The position numbers and the translations under genes were made by a program. From an uncultured Elusimicrobia bacterium (lineage in GTDB: Bacteria > Elusimicrobiota > Elusimicrobia > 2-01-FULL-59-12), in the NCBI GenBank assembly GCA_963702895.1, contig OY969767.1, positions 2,624,001 through 2,688,000 on the forward strand: a DNA stretch of 64,000 bases. The letters run 5' to 3'. This document shows, in pieces, positions 17,611 to 27,317 of the stretch. The stretch's first letter is position 1. Every line of letters begins with the position of its first letter. Below the pieces are notes generated by a model, which did not search any database, was not told where the DNA came from, and saw only the letters and a list, made by a program, of their open reading frames with translations.

Positions 17611-19204
17611 CCTTCGAGGCTGCTTCGTAGACCACGCGGCCATTGGTTAGCTGGAAAGCCTTGGTCAGTCGAAAACCAGACCACATTTGGCGGAGGGAGC
17701 CCACCGGCAAGGCATATTTTGCTTCTAGGGCGAGCTGGGCGTTGGAATCAAAGAAATCATCCAATACATAGACCCTTCTGCCTCTCCTTATGTCTCGCCA
17801 CAAAGCGGTCTCGAAACGCTCAAGGGATGTTTCCCGAAATGCGAAAAGTAGTCCTTCGAGGGATCCACCGCTCAACTCAGGGAAGAAATAGGGCATGAGC
17901 ACCCCGATATCAGGCACAGCGCCAGCCTGCGCTGCAACGAACGTGTCCCCTGGCTGGAGTCGGGCTCTGAGCTCTTTGAGCGCCATGTAACCTTGATTAT
18001 GGGTAATCGTGGATGCGTGGGCGATAGGTCCTGTCAAGTTCCACAAGAAGATGGCGCTCGCCACCATGGCCTGCCCGTAGAGAAATACTTTGGATCGGCA
18101 CAAAAGCAGGAGCAATGCTACTGTCCATGGGATCAATGCATGAAGGTGAAAGCCGACCTGAGCCGGGCTCCAAAGCACGACGAAGGACTCGCACAACATA
18201 CCCCAGAGCACAAGCGCGACGATCAGACTCTCGTGTTGAATCCACGTCTGTCTGCGCTTCCAAAGCGCTTGCCCAAGAAGGGCCAGGAACATGACGGGGA
18301 TCACCATAGAAAAGAGTCCTGCTGCGGCTCCCGAGGGATGAGCGATAAAAGAGCCCTTCCATCCTGCCCAGAGGCCTTGGAGACCTCCGAGCGCAGAGGT
18401 GGACCAGAATCCCGGATAGCGGGGCATGTGGGAGGTCTCGTAGGAAGCGTAGCCGATCGCCCAGCGCAGAAAGGACTGAGTCGTTTCTGGACGGATCACC
18501 CAGATGAAGATGGTCCCGTAGCTGAGGAGGAGCCCCGCCGAGACCAACGAAAGATATAGCACGGCCGAGCCCCAGTCGTTCGGAACCCTTGAAAGAGAAG
18601 CGCGCTTTCGAAAGAGCGCCAGCCATAGGGCGATGGCGAGAATATGAAAGAACGCCATCCCGTGCATCAGGATATAGAGTAAAGAGAGGAACGATACGGT
18701 CACAACTTGGCTTCTCCGCAGGGGGTTGCCATGATCAAGACTCAAGAGATTAACGATCAAAAGAGCGGCACAAGCTGCAGAAGCCCCGACCGCACGACCA
18801 TCCACCGCAAAATGCCACATACTGTAGCAGCTGCCAAGGAAGAACACCGACACCAAGGCCGGCATGGTGCGGGCTTTACCGGAAAGTCCATAAAAGAGAA
18901 ACGCAAGGGCAGAAGCCATGAGCAGAGAATTCAGTCTTGCGAGTGAATAGATGGCCAAGCCCTCATAACCCAAGAGCCTCTCGAGCTGATAGTAGAGAAC
19001 TCCAAGGGAGGGATAAAGGGGATGGTTCGGGTGAAACCAACGAATCGGTTCTTGACGCTCACAAGCGATGGCGTTCGTGATGGCGTCAAAGGAGAAGATC
19101 TGATTGGTTGTGGTCAGGTAGACAAAGAGCGCTCCAGCAAAAACAACGATGGAAACGATTGCGCGATACCGGGGACTCATCACGCGAGCATCACAGGCGT
19201 CCAT
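17600..19204 (-). CDS. Polytopic membrane protein, GT-C/DUF2723-like
   Basis: YLTT...SFDAI...FHPNHPLY after TM1; about 10 TM. Confidence 0.55.
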   Translation of the reverse strand: MDACDARVMSPRYRAIVSIVVFAGALFVYLTTTNQIFSFDAITNAIACERQEPIRWFHPNHPLYPSLGVLYYQLERLLGYEGLAIYSLARLNSLLMASALAFLFYGLSGKARTMPALVSVFFLGSCYSMWHFAVDGRAVGASAACAALLIVNLLSLDHGNPLRRSQVVTVSFLSLLYILMHGMAFFHILAIALWLALFRKRASLSRVPNDWGSAVLYLSLVSAGLLLSYGTIFIWVIRPETTQSFLRWAIGYASYETSHMPRYPGFWSTSALGGLQGLWAGWKGSFIAHPSGAAAGLFSMVIPVMFLALLGQALWKRRQTWIQHESLIVALVLWGMLCESFVVLWSPAQVGFHLHALIPWTVALLLLLCRSKVFLYGQAMVASAIFLWNLTGPIAHASTITHNQGYMALKELRARLQPGDTFVAAQAGAVPDIGVLMPYFFPELSGGSLEGLLFAFRETSLERFETALWRDIRRGRRVYVLDDFFDSNAQLALEAKYALPVGSLRQMWSGFRLTKAFQLTNGRVVYEAASKVKS

Positions 19205-19213
19205 AGAGAGGAT

Positions 19214-20239
19214 TTATTCTTTACGAACTGTATCGAGGAGTGGGTCGTCCTTTATTTCCTGAGGGGTTTCGGTCGAGGCGATCAGCTTTTCTTCAAAGCG
19301 AGTGAGGCGCTTTTCCGCCTCGCCGAAGCGGGTCTGCGCATTGGCAATATGCATGCCGACTTTACGAAAATCATCCGTAAACCTCTCCAGCTCCTGTTTC
19401 AGCCTTCCGAGGTGACTCATGATCTCAAGCGCTCTCTCCTCAATCTTGAGCCCACGAAACCCTTGAGCCAGCGTCAAAAGATAGGCGTAAAAGGAATTCG
19501 GCGAGACCGGCATGACTTGTTTTGACGTCGCGTAGGAGTAGAGCGCCTTTTCTCCGTCTTCGTCATCTCCTTTGATGATGGTTTCGTAATAGACGTTTTC
19601 GGCCGGGATGTACATGAGCGCGAACGGGAAGGTGCCCTCGTCAGTCTGGATATAGCGGTTATGGATGTCATCAATGTGCTTCTTGATGTCCCGGGCGAAC
19701 TCTTTGCGCGCCAGCTTTCGCTGGTCATCCGATTCCGCTTCCAGCATCCGTTTGAAATTTTCCAGCGGGAACTTCGCGTCCACGGAAACCATCCCTTCTT
19801 TGAAGCGAATCACGGCGTCGACAATGGTTCCGCCCTTAAAGTGATGCTGCAGGCTGTAATGTTCCGGTGGGAGTATTTCGCGCAGAAGGTTCTCCAAGAG
19901 AACTTCCCCCATGCCGCCCCGGAGTTTGGGTGGGCGCAAGATATCCTGAAGCGAAGAAACGTCTTTTACGATGGCCTGAATTTGGAGATTAGACTCCGAG
20001 AGCTGGCCCAGCTGATTGCGCAAGTCACCGTAGAGCCGCGCAGCATTGTCCAAGCGCTGGTTGATAGTTCCTGTGTTTTGTGAGAGACTCTGGGACATCT
20101 GGTCTCTCAGCGCATTCATTTCTCTTTGAATCATATTCAGGATCAAACTGCCGGCATCCGTCCTGCGGTTTTGCTGATACAAAAACCAGACAAGCAAGCC
20201 GGATAAGATCAAGAGGAGAGAGACAAGAAATTCAATCAT
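19214..20239 (-). CDS. rmuC: DNA recombination protein RmuC
   Basis: RGGMGEVLLE, VDAVIR, VDAKFP, KYI-like RYI, FALMYIPAENVY, VSP. Confidence 0.92.
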   Translation of the reverse strand: MIEFLVSLLLILSGLLVWFLYQQNRRTDAGSLILNMIQREMNALRDQMSQSLSQNTGTINQRLDNAARLYGDLRNQLGQLSESNLQIQAIVKDVSSLQDILRPPKLRGGMGEVLLENLLREILPPEHYSLQHHFKGGTIVDAVIRFKEGMVSVDAKFPLENFKRMLEAESDDQRKLARKEFARDIKKHIDDIHNRYIQTDEGTFPFALMYIPAENVYYETIIKGDDEDGEKALYSYATSKQVMPVSPNSFYAYLLTLAQGFRGLKIEERALEIMSHLGRLKQELERFTDDFRKVGMHIANAQTRFGEAEKRLTRFEEKLIASTETPQEIKDDPLLDTVRKE

Positions 20240-20274
20240 TTCAGCTGTATTCTATTAAAATCGAGCGAACCGTG

Positions 20275-21906
20275 ATGAGCAACCGAACCATAGCCCTCGT
20301 TTTGATCAGTCTTCATGCCTGTCTTGCTCTCCATGCGTCCTGGAATGTATCTCCGGCGTGGGATGAGATCATCTACCCCGCTGCGGGGTACGATCTGTTG
20401 GTCAGCGGTCATGTTCGCACCAGTCTCGATCATCCCCCGCTGGGGAAAGCGCTCCTGGCTCTGCCGCTATTTCTTGAAAAGAATTCCATCAAAAGTCCGC
20501 CAGGTGGCAAGGATGCCGTAGAGCCCTTTCGCTTTGGGTTCGACTTTGTGCACAACAACCGACTGCCTGCACGAAGGCTTCTCTTTCTCTCCCGCCTCAC
20601 TAATGTTCTGTTCTCCTGCCTGCTCGCTTGGATGATCTTCTTGGCGGGTCGGTCTCGGTGGGGTGATCGGGCGGGTCTTCTGGCGCTGACGTTTTACGCG
20701 TTTCTTCCCGCCGCCTTAGCGCGTGCTTCCATGGGTCTTTTGGAGATGACGCTCGCTGTCTTTATGATGGCCTCTTGTATCGGTTTTGTTCGCTGGGAAG
20801 AACGAAGGCATCCTTGGGCTGTTGCTCTCTGGGGGATTTTCTGGCTGTGTGCCGTTCTGACGAAAGCGACGGCGTGGATTTTATTGCCAGGATTTCTATG
20901 GGTCAGTCGTCGGAAGGTCGCCACCTTGGGCGTGACGGCTACAGTGTTGCTCATGGCCGAACTCATCATGCGATATCTCGGACAATCTTATTTCGGTGCC
21001 GAGATGATCTCCCGTGGACTGAGCGCTCCTCAGGCATCCATGCCCATTTATTTCGCTGGCCGTGTCTGGGAACATCCGCTGCCCTTCCATTTACTGATCG
21101 CATGGCTCATCAAGACGCCTTTGTCGCTGGTGATTCTGGCAGCGGTTGGGTTTGCTGTGTCTTGTCACCGTAGACGCGCAGACCCTCTCCTTCAGATGGG
21201 GATTGCTTCAGCAGGGATGTACTTGTTTCTCACGATCGCGTTCCGCTCCCGCTATGTGACCACTTCGCATCTATTCTGGTTTCACCCTTTTGCCTGCCTG
21301 GCGATTGGAAGTTTACTGGATTCAGCGGCAGGCGTGAAATGGCGCTCATGGATGATCATCCTGGCTGTTGTGATGGCAGGTGAATGTTTCTGGGTCCATC
21401 CGCACTATCTTTCCTACTTTAATGCGTTGGTCGGAGGGTCCAGCCATGGCTATCACTGGCTGGATGATTCCGATCAGGATTGGGGTCAAGGGCTCCCCGC
21501 TTTAGCAAGTTGGATGAGGCAAGAGAATCTGACACAGGTCCTCTTGGGTTACGCGGGAGCAGGGGATCCTCGTGTGTACGGAATTCCTTATCAAGATGTC
21601 CTATCCCCGGCTTTGGTCACTGCCGTCTATCGTGGAGTCATCTTTCCAGAGTGGAGGGGGCGCGTTTGCCTTGCCTTGGGAACGAAAGTCGTACAAACAG
21701 AGCGGCCCCTACTCGAGTGGCTTCTGCTTCGTCGCAAGCCCACAAAAATTGTCGGACATACTTTTTTGATTTATGACCTCACGGGAGATCGCGAGGCTTT
21801 GGAATGGCTGATATGGTTTTATAAATTCACTCGACGACCTCATCATGCGGTTGCGCTACATGCCTTAAGAGGAACTCTCCGCTCTGAGCCGCCAAAGTCC
21901 TTTTAG
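20275..21906 (+). CDS. ArnT/PMT-like lipid-carrier-dependent glycosyltransferase (GT-C)
   Basis: SPAWDE, DHPPLGK, HYLSYFN, DSDQDWGQGL. Confidence 0.8.
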   Translation: MSNRTIALVLISLHACLALHASWNVSPAWDEIIYPAAGYDLLVSGHVRTSLDHPPLGKALLALPLFLEKNSIKSPPGGKDAVEPFRFGFDFVHNNRLPARRLLFLSRLTNVLFSCLLAWMIFLAGRSRWGDRAGLLALTFYAFLPAALARASMGLLEMTLAVFMMASCIGFVRWEERRHPWAVALWGIFWLCAVLTKATAWILLPGFLWVSRRKVATLGVTATVLLMAELIMRYLGQSYFGAEMISRGLSAPQASMPIYFAGRVWEHPLPFHLLIAWLIKTPLSLVILAAVGFAVSCHRRRADPLLQMGIASAGMYLFLTIAFRSRYVTTSHLFWFHPFACLAIGSLLDSAAGVKWRSWMIILAVVMAGECFWVHPHYLSYFNALVGGSSHGYHWLDDSDQDWGQGLPALASWMRQENLTQVLLGYAGAGDPRVYGIPYQDVLSPALVTAVYRGVIFPEWRGRVCLALGTKVVQTERPLLEWLLLRRKPTKIVGHTFLIYDLTGDREALEWLIWFYKFTRRPHHAVALHALRGTLRSEPPKSF

Positions 21907-22569
21907 AAATTGAATCATGACTTGTAAGGTAAGTTTGCTGTGGCCCTGGTGACGATCCTTGAAGATAAAGGGATGCTCGCTCACTTTCTCCGGCCGCCCC
22001 CTTTCATAGAACTCAAGCAATATCTTATATCCTTGCGGGTTTAAGCGGTGCTTGCATTGCTCATAGGCGGAGCGAGGGATGACAAAATAGCCGCTCATGG
22101 GGTCTGAGAGGGACGTCCGGAGAACAGCTCTCGTCAGAATTGTGGCAACATTGCTGAAAAGGCGTCGATGCCATGGCCATCGGTCAGCGCCCCCTCCTGG
22201 GATACGTCTGGACGCAACCGCGAGGGCTGCTCCCGATTCAACGGCTTGGACCATCTGCGGGAGTATCCGTTCATCATGCGAGAGGTCAGCGTCCATCACA
22301 GCCAGAATATCACCCTTCGAAACCCGCATGCCTTCGAGGACGGCTGCGCTCAGACCTCGTTCATGCGTGCGCACCACCAACCGAATCCTGCGGTTGGTCG
22401 CTGCCAAGGACCGCACGATCGAGGCCGTCTCATCCGGGGAGTTGTCGTCCACAACAATGATTTCAAAATCCGATCCACGGAGAGCATCCTGAGCAGACTG
22501 CAAGAAGGCCGCAATATTAAGGCATTCGTTGTATGTGGGGACGACGAGTGAGATGTGTGGCGACTTCAT
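21865..22569 (-). CDS. Polyprenol monophosphomannose synthase (DPM1-like GT2)
   Basis: VVPTYNE, VDDNSPDET, GLSAAV, MDADLSH, DPMSGYF, GHSKL. Confidence 0.88.
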   Translation of the reverse strand: MKSPHISLVVPTYNECLNIAAFLQSAQDALRGSDFEIIVVDDNSPDETASIVRSLAATNRRIRLVVRTHERGLSAAVLEGMRVSKGDILAVMDADLSHDERILPQMVQAVESGAALAVASRRIPGGGADRWPWHRRLFSNVATILTRAVLRTSLSDPMSGYFVIPRSAYEQCKHRLNPQGYKILLEFYERGRPEKVSEHPFIFKDRHQGHSKLTLQVMIQFLKGLWRLRAESSS

Positions 22570-23306
22570 GGGCGCCTTGTGTTCTTCAACAACTGCAAGT
22601 AAGCCATAATGGTCCTGACAGTTTGAATTTTGCTTTGTCCGCCGCGGTTCTCATAATGGAGCACAAAAGGAATTTCCCCCGCTTTGACCGCTTGACGACA
22701 CACTTTGATGAACAGCTCTGCACCGCCCGGGAACCCTGTTTGCTCGATGAGGCGAACGCCATATCTTTTGTAAGCCTCTTGTAGCACAGCTACACGATAA
22801 GCCCTAAACCCATTCGTATAACAACGAACCTCGCCAATGGGTCTGAGACGTCGAAAGAGCCCGTTTACAATAGAGCTCATCACGCGCCTCTTGAAAGGCA
22901 CGCCGCTCATCTGGCCGCCCGGCGCCCAATACGAAGCGGTGGCGACGTCAAAGCCATCCTGGATCATGTCCACGAGTTTGGGGATGTATTCCGGGCGGTG
23001 CGTATTGTCCGCATCCAGTGAAACAACGATGTCCGCAGGGCTCGCATTTTGGATCACCCAGAGGAATCCAGTTTTTAACGCGGCCCCGTATCCCTGATTG
23101 GCGGGATGACGCAAAAGCTGCATCGGCCAAGCCTTCGCCCAGGCTGCCGCGAGCGAGGGTGTCGCGTCCGTGGATCCATCATCCACCAGAACAATCCGGT
23201 AAGGCATCACGCTTCGCAGGGTATCCCCGAGATCTGGTAGGAGTTTTGAGAGCGCATCTGCTTCATTGAGCGCGGGTAAAAGGACGTAGAGGGTTTGGGT
23301 CTCCAT
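22566..23306 (-). CDS. GT2 glycosyltransferase (DPM-like)
   Basis: LLPALNE, VDDGSTD, NQGYGAA, LDADNTH. Confidence 0.85.
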   Translation of the reverse strand: METQTLYVLLPALNEADALSKLLPDLGDTLRSVMPYRIVLVDDGSTDATPSLAAAWAKAWPMQLLRHPANQGYGAALKTGFLWVIQNASPADIVVSLDADNTHRPEYIPKLVDMIQDGFDVATASYWAPGGQMSGVPFKRRVMSSIVNGLFRRLRPIGEVRCYTNGFRAYRVAVLQEAYKRYGVRLIEQTGFPGGAELFIKVCRQAVKAGEIPFVLHYENRGGQSKIQTVRTIMAYLQLLKNTRRP

Positions 23307-23701
23307 CAGGGGATCAATCTTAGTGCACCCCAAGCGCCCAACGTGTCGATACCGACATCCAAGGCGGAGGCCGCCCTGCCCGGGACAAAAGATTGATGGA
23401 GCTCATCGGAACAAGCGTAGAGAAAAGTCAGGGCAAGCGACCAGACGAAGATCTTCTTCTGCGGCCAAGGAGCACTTCCGGTGAGCGCACGCGCCAGCAA
23501 GAGCGCCAGAACCCCGAAAACGAACACATGGGCGAATTTCCTGAAGATGATGTCATACCAGGCTCTTGTGATCCGTAGATCGGGGATGCTCGAAAAGAAG
23601 AAGATGACGCCAGCCCAGAGAAGCACGGGGAGCCAGAGCGCAACGGCGACACGGAGACGCGGAGATGTGGAGACAAGAATCGAGGGGATTCTCCGCGTCA
23701 C
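23306..23701 (-). CDS. VanZ-family membrane protein
   Basis: RKFAH, YACSDELHQSFVPGR, DVGID; probable GTG start overlapping the upstream TGA. Confidence 0.85.
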   Translation of the reverse strand: MTRRIPSILVSTSPRLRVAVALWLPVLLWAGVIFFFSSIPDLRITRAWYDIIFRKFAHVFVFGVLALLLARALTGSAPWPQKKIFVWSLALTFLYACSDELHQSFVPGRAASALDVGIDTLGAWGALRLIP

Positions 23702-23728
23702 CGCGTCTCCCCGTCGCCGCGTCGTCGT
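23643..23728. repeat. Inverted pair of 8-bp tandem repeat tracts (GCGGAGAC-like)
   Basis: ACGGCGAC-ACGGAGAC-GCGGAGAT-GTGGAGAC ... TTCTCCGC-GTCACCGC-GTCTCCCC-GTCGCCGC-GTCGTCGT. Confidence 0.75.
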
Positions 23729-24444
23729 GTAAAGTCTTGATAGGCCGGATACCATCTCTGGGCTTTGCAAAGGATCTCCCAGACCGTGTTTCGTGGGAAC
23801 ACGACGGCCCGCCTCAGCCGGTAGAGATTGGCGGTATGGTCCCGCGGGGCGCGGTCGGTCGCAAAAGCAGCGTCAAAGCCAGCTTCCTTCGCGAGCGTCT
23901 CGATCCGCTCGTTCGCCTCCCCGTAGGGGTAGGCCAACAACGGGACACGTTCCCCGAGGACGTCTTCCAGGATTTTTTTGGAATCGAACAGGTCCTTCCT
24001 TGCTGCATTCTCCTCAAGTTTTGTGAGATGGGCGTGATGACAAGAGTGCGCGCCCACTCCCATGCCCGCCCTTCTCCATGTTCGCAGCTGCTCTTGGTTC
24101 ATGAGTCGGGCCTTGCCGTTGTCCCAGACGTTACGCGCCTCGCCGGGCACTGCAAAAACGGTCGCGGTGAAGCCAAAGTCTTGAAGAACAGGAAGCCCTA
24201 AGGTCAACACTTCCTCATAGCCATCATCGAAAGTGATCGCGATGGTTTTGCGCCCCACACGCCTCCCATGGCGCTTGAGCTCCGCGGCATAGTCTTCGAG
24301 ACGCACGGTGGAATACCCGAGCCAGCCCAGCCAAAGAAGATGCCTCCGGAACTGCTCTTGGCTGACGGCAATGCGCTTGGGGTCGGCGTCTTTTGTGGGC
24401 CGTCCCGGCAGGAGGCGGTGGTAAGTCAGGATGGGCAGATACAT
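23698..24444 (-). CDS. Polysaccharide deacetylase (CE4)
   Basis: PILTYH, ITFDDGY, GAHSCHHAHL, LAYPYG. Confidence 0.9.
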   Translation of the reverse strand: MYLPILTYHRLLPGRPTKDADPKRIAVSQEQFRRHLLWLGWLGYSTVRLEDYAAELKRHGRRVGRKTIAITFDDGYEEVLTLGLPVLQDFGFTATVFAVPGEARNVWDNGKARLMNQEQLRTWRRAGMGVGAHSCHHAHLTKLEENAARKDLFDSKKILEDVLGERVPLLAYPYGEANERIETLAKEAGFDAAFATDRAPRDHTANLYRLRRAVVFPRNTVWEILCKAQRWYPAYQDFTRRRGDGETR

Positions 24445-25511
24445 TAGCCTATGGCTTTCTCGTAGACCGCCTCGACTTGGGAGGCGATTGCCATTAAATC
24501 GTAATATTTTTCGACAAAGTCACGGGAGCTTCGTCCCAGTTCTTGTTCTCCCAGACGCAGCCCAAGAATTTCGCGCAGTCCCTGTTCAAGCTTCGTGGAA
24601 TCAAAATCTGGAGGGTCGAGATGGTCCCCCAAATTGCTTCGCAAAGCGATGGGCCATGACTCCGGTTTGCACAAACCGAGGACTCCGCCTTCCCCCATCA
24701 TCACGACGGGCCGCCCCAAAGCCATGCATTCCAGGGCGGACCTGCCGGCGGCGAGCGCACCGTCCGAATTGCGGATGAGCGTGTCCAGGTCTTGGACAAA
24801 ACCCATGCTTTCAATCGTGGAAGGGGCAATTCTGCTTTGCGCGATCGACAGCCGCGCGGAGAAGGCCGCCCGCCGCGCGAAGGGGACCATCCCCACGATT
24901 TTGTAGTGAGCCGGAGGCAGGCGATGGACCATGTTCTCAAGCGCATCAACAAAAAACTCAAAGGTTTTCCATCGCCCGCCGCTGAGCCTGCCAATGAGCA
25001 AAACATCTTTCACATTGGGGGTCTGTCGCACGGACACCACCAGGCCCCGAAGGTCGATACCATTGCGGATGAGGTGGATTTTGCTGGCGGGCTGGGGAAA
25101 ATGCATGCGCAAGTGGCCGACGATGGCTTCATCGATCGCGATGGTTTGGTCCCCAAGGCACGGGAAATGTTTTGAAAAGACATGAACAGGCAACGGTTGA
25201 TGGATCGTCGTGACATGTGGAATGCCTGTGACTTTGGCCGCCTGGGCCGCGACCCAGTGGGATCTTCGGGAGTGGGAATGGACCAGCTCAATCCCATGCT
25301 TGCGAATAAAGGAGACCACCCTCCAAGTGTTCACAACCCCCATCGGGAAGGCCTTCCTGTCGATGGGCATGGACGTGTAGGCTTGGCCGTGATGAAGTTG
25401 GTCCGAAATCCAGAAAATCTCGTGCTTCCCTTGCCAGGCTTTGGCGAGCGCGACGGAATAGGTCTCCGATCCTGAGGGCTCGAGGCATGAAAGAAGAAAG
25501 AGGACTCTCAC
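24444..25511 (-). CDS. GT4 glycosyltransferase
   Basis: VHSHSR, IRNGID, GRSALECMALGRPVV. Confidence 0.85.
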   Translation of the reverse strand: MRVLFLLSCLEPSGSETYSVALAKAWQGKHEIFWISDQLHHGQAYTSMPIDRKAFPMGVVNTWRVVSFIRKHGIELVHSHSRRSHWVAAQAAKVTGIPHVTTIHQPLPVHVFSKHFPCLGDQTIAIDEAIVGHLRMHFPQPASKIHLIRNGIDLRGLVVSVRQTPNVKDVLLIGRLSGGRWKTFEFFVDALENMVHRLPPAHYKIVGMVPFARRAAFSARLSIAQSRIAPSTIESMGFVQDLDTLIRNSDGALAAGRSALECMALGRPVVMMGEGGVLGLCKPESWPIALRSNLGDHLDPPDFDSTKLEQGLREILGLRLGEQELGRSSRDFVEKYYDLMAIASQVEAVYEKAIG

Positions 25512-27265
25512 GGTTTGATAAAGGCCTTGATCCCGTTCACAATAGCATTGGCAAAATTCTTTTGGAACGGAGGGTCAAAGAGTAGAACTTCCTGCTCCGG
25601 GACGATGAGGTAAGCCTGCTCGGTCAGCACCGCTGGCATCTGAGTCATTCGGCAGATGGCTAAATCGGCGTAAAACAGTCCCCGGTCCGGAAGAATCGCG
25701 GCGTGCTTGCGGTAGCCCGCGTGGATCGCTTCGGCCAGGGCCCTGCTTTGCGGCTGGTAGAAATAGACGCTCGAGCCATTGTTCCAGACGGGATTTTCAC
25801 TCAAACCAGAGGAATTGCAGTGGATGCTGATGAAGAGTCTTGCGTTATTCTTCCAGGCGAGGCGCGGCCGCTCGTAGATCGAAACTTCCGTATCCAGACT
25901 TCGGACCAAAAAAGGCTTCGCTCCAGAAGCTTCGAGCGTGTTCATCAGCACTTTGGCGATGGCAAGATTCGCGTCTTTTTCCAATGTCCCGTGCGGACCG
26001 ACGGCCCCGTAATCCGACCCTCCATGACCCGGGTCCACCGCGATGATCATGTCGCGCAGGTTGTCGCTCTCCCATGGTTTGCGGATTTCAATGATCAAGG
26101 TCGACCCTTCATAACGGATGTCAAAGCCCCACCATTTTTTGATGCGCGGCTCGATGATCAATTGGCAGGTGTCCGGAGAGACTTGTTTCCAGCGAACGAG
26201 TTGCACCAGGGGGTCCAAAGGGTCGTAACGGATCAAATCCGTTTTATTGGCGGCACCAAAGAGCGTGAGGGTCAATGCCATCGGATCGACGGTTTGTTCC
26301 ACGCGGTAGGGGAGGACCTCTCCGAGCGGCACCGTCACGAGCGTACTGTCTTTGATGTGCGTGATCTTGATGTTGGTGAGCATGCTTTGTGGGAGAGGGG
26401 TGCCGCGGGGGAGCTCCTGGAGTGCGGATTCTTTCACCCAGCCCGCTTGTGTCGCGGAAAATCTGACGCGCCATTGGGAGCCGATTTTGCCGCTTAAAGG
26501 AACTCTCATGCCCTTATAGAGAAAAACATCATAGCCGCCGTCGATGGCTGTTCGGGCGGCGACCGTATCCTCCGTGATGATGCCGACGCGGGGGACTCCG
26601 CCCGTTTCCACCGTCAAGCGGCCTTTTGCGGTGGCGCGCTCGACCCCTTTGCGCTTGAGGGTGATCGCGATCTCCGAACGCTTCAGAGCGATATCAGACG
26701 GAATCACATAAGACCCTTCATAGATCCCTCTTCCGGGATTGCCGACTTCCGTCATGGGGACATGCTTGGCGAGGCCCTCGATCGCAAATTCTGCAACGGC
26801 CCCCGGCGAACCTTGAAAACTCACCTGCACGATGTCGCCGGGGGCGAGGAGGAGCTCCTCCGCGGGCGCAATCGACTCCCGGAGAATTTTTAAGGGAGAT
26901 TTGGGCAACTCTGAAAATGCGGGAGCGACACTAAAACGGCGCTCCAAACGCGCGGTCACGCCATCGGGCGTGAGGGCTTCTAAACGCAAGAGCATCTCCC
27001 CCGGAGTCAGCGGGACCATGGCCAGGTAACCGCCCTGGCTGTGGACGGGGAGGCTGCTGCCGTTGAGGGTGAGCGTCGAGCCCGCCACGACAGCGCCGTA
27101 AATAAAGACTTCTTTTAAGGGAGGAAGCTTCGCGCCTTCCAAGGGATGGAGGACGGTGAGCGGAGCGGAGCTTGAAAATGGGACGGCCAACGGTCCAAGG
27201 AGGGTCAGCGACTCCGCCATCGCAGGACAAGGAACTCCCGAGAGCGCTAGGAGGCCGGCAACCAC
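25508..27265 (-). CDS. N-acetylmuramoyl-L-alanine amidase (Amidase_3) with N-terminal extensions
   Basis: VDPGHGG, EKDANL, FISIHCN, PAVLTE; start uncertain (27220-27265). Confidence 0.88.
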   Translation of the reverse strand: MVAGLLALSGVPCPAMAESLTLLGPLAVPFSSSAPLTVLHPLEGAKLPPLKEVFIYGAVVAGSTLTLNGSSLPVHSQGGYLAMVPLTPGEMLLRLEALTPDGVTARLERRFSVAPAFSELPKSPLKILRESIAPAEELLLAPGDIVQVSFQGSPGAVAEFAIEGLAKHVPMTEVGNPGRGIYEGSYVIPSDIALKRSEIAITLKRKGVERATAKGRLTVETGGVPRVGIITEDTVAARTAIDGGYDVFLYKGMRVPLSGKIGSQWRVRFSATQAGWVKESALQELPRGTPLPQSMLTNIKITHIKDSTLVTVPLGEVLPYRVEQTVDPMALTLTLFGAANKTDLIRYDPLDPLVQLVRWKQVSPDTCQLIIEPRIKKWWGFDIRYEGSTLIIEIRKPWESDNLRDMIIAVDPGHGGSDYGAVGPHGTLEKDANLAIAKVLMNTLEASGAKPFLVRSLDTEVSIYERPRLAWKNNARLFISIHCNSSGLSENPVWNNGSSVYFYQPQSRALAEAIHAGYRKHAAILPDRGLFYADLAICRMTQMPAVLTEQAYLIVPEQEVLLFDPPFQKNFANAIVNGIKAFIKP

Positions 27266-27317
27266 CGAGTACGACGCGTGCCGGGCCAGCCCGGCGCTTC
27301 TTGCTGTGTTGGGTGAT

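Noticed and set aside
10360..23306. tRNA-anchored integrative island
   Set aside because: No integrase and no distal copy of the tRNA 3' end found by eye
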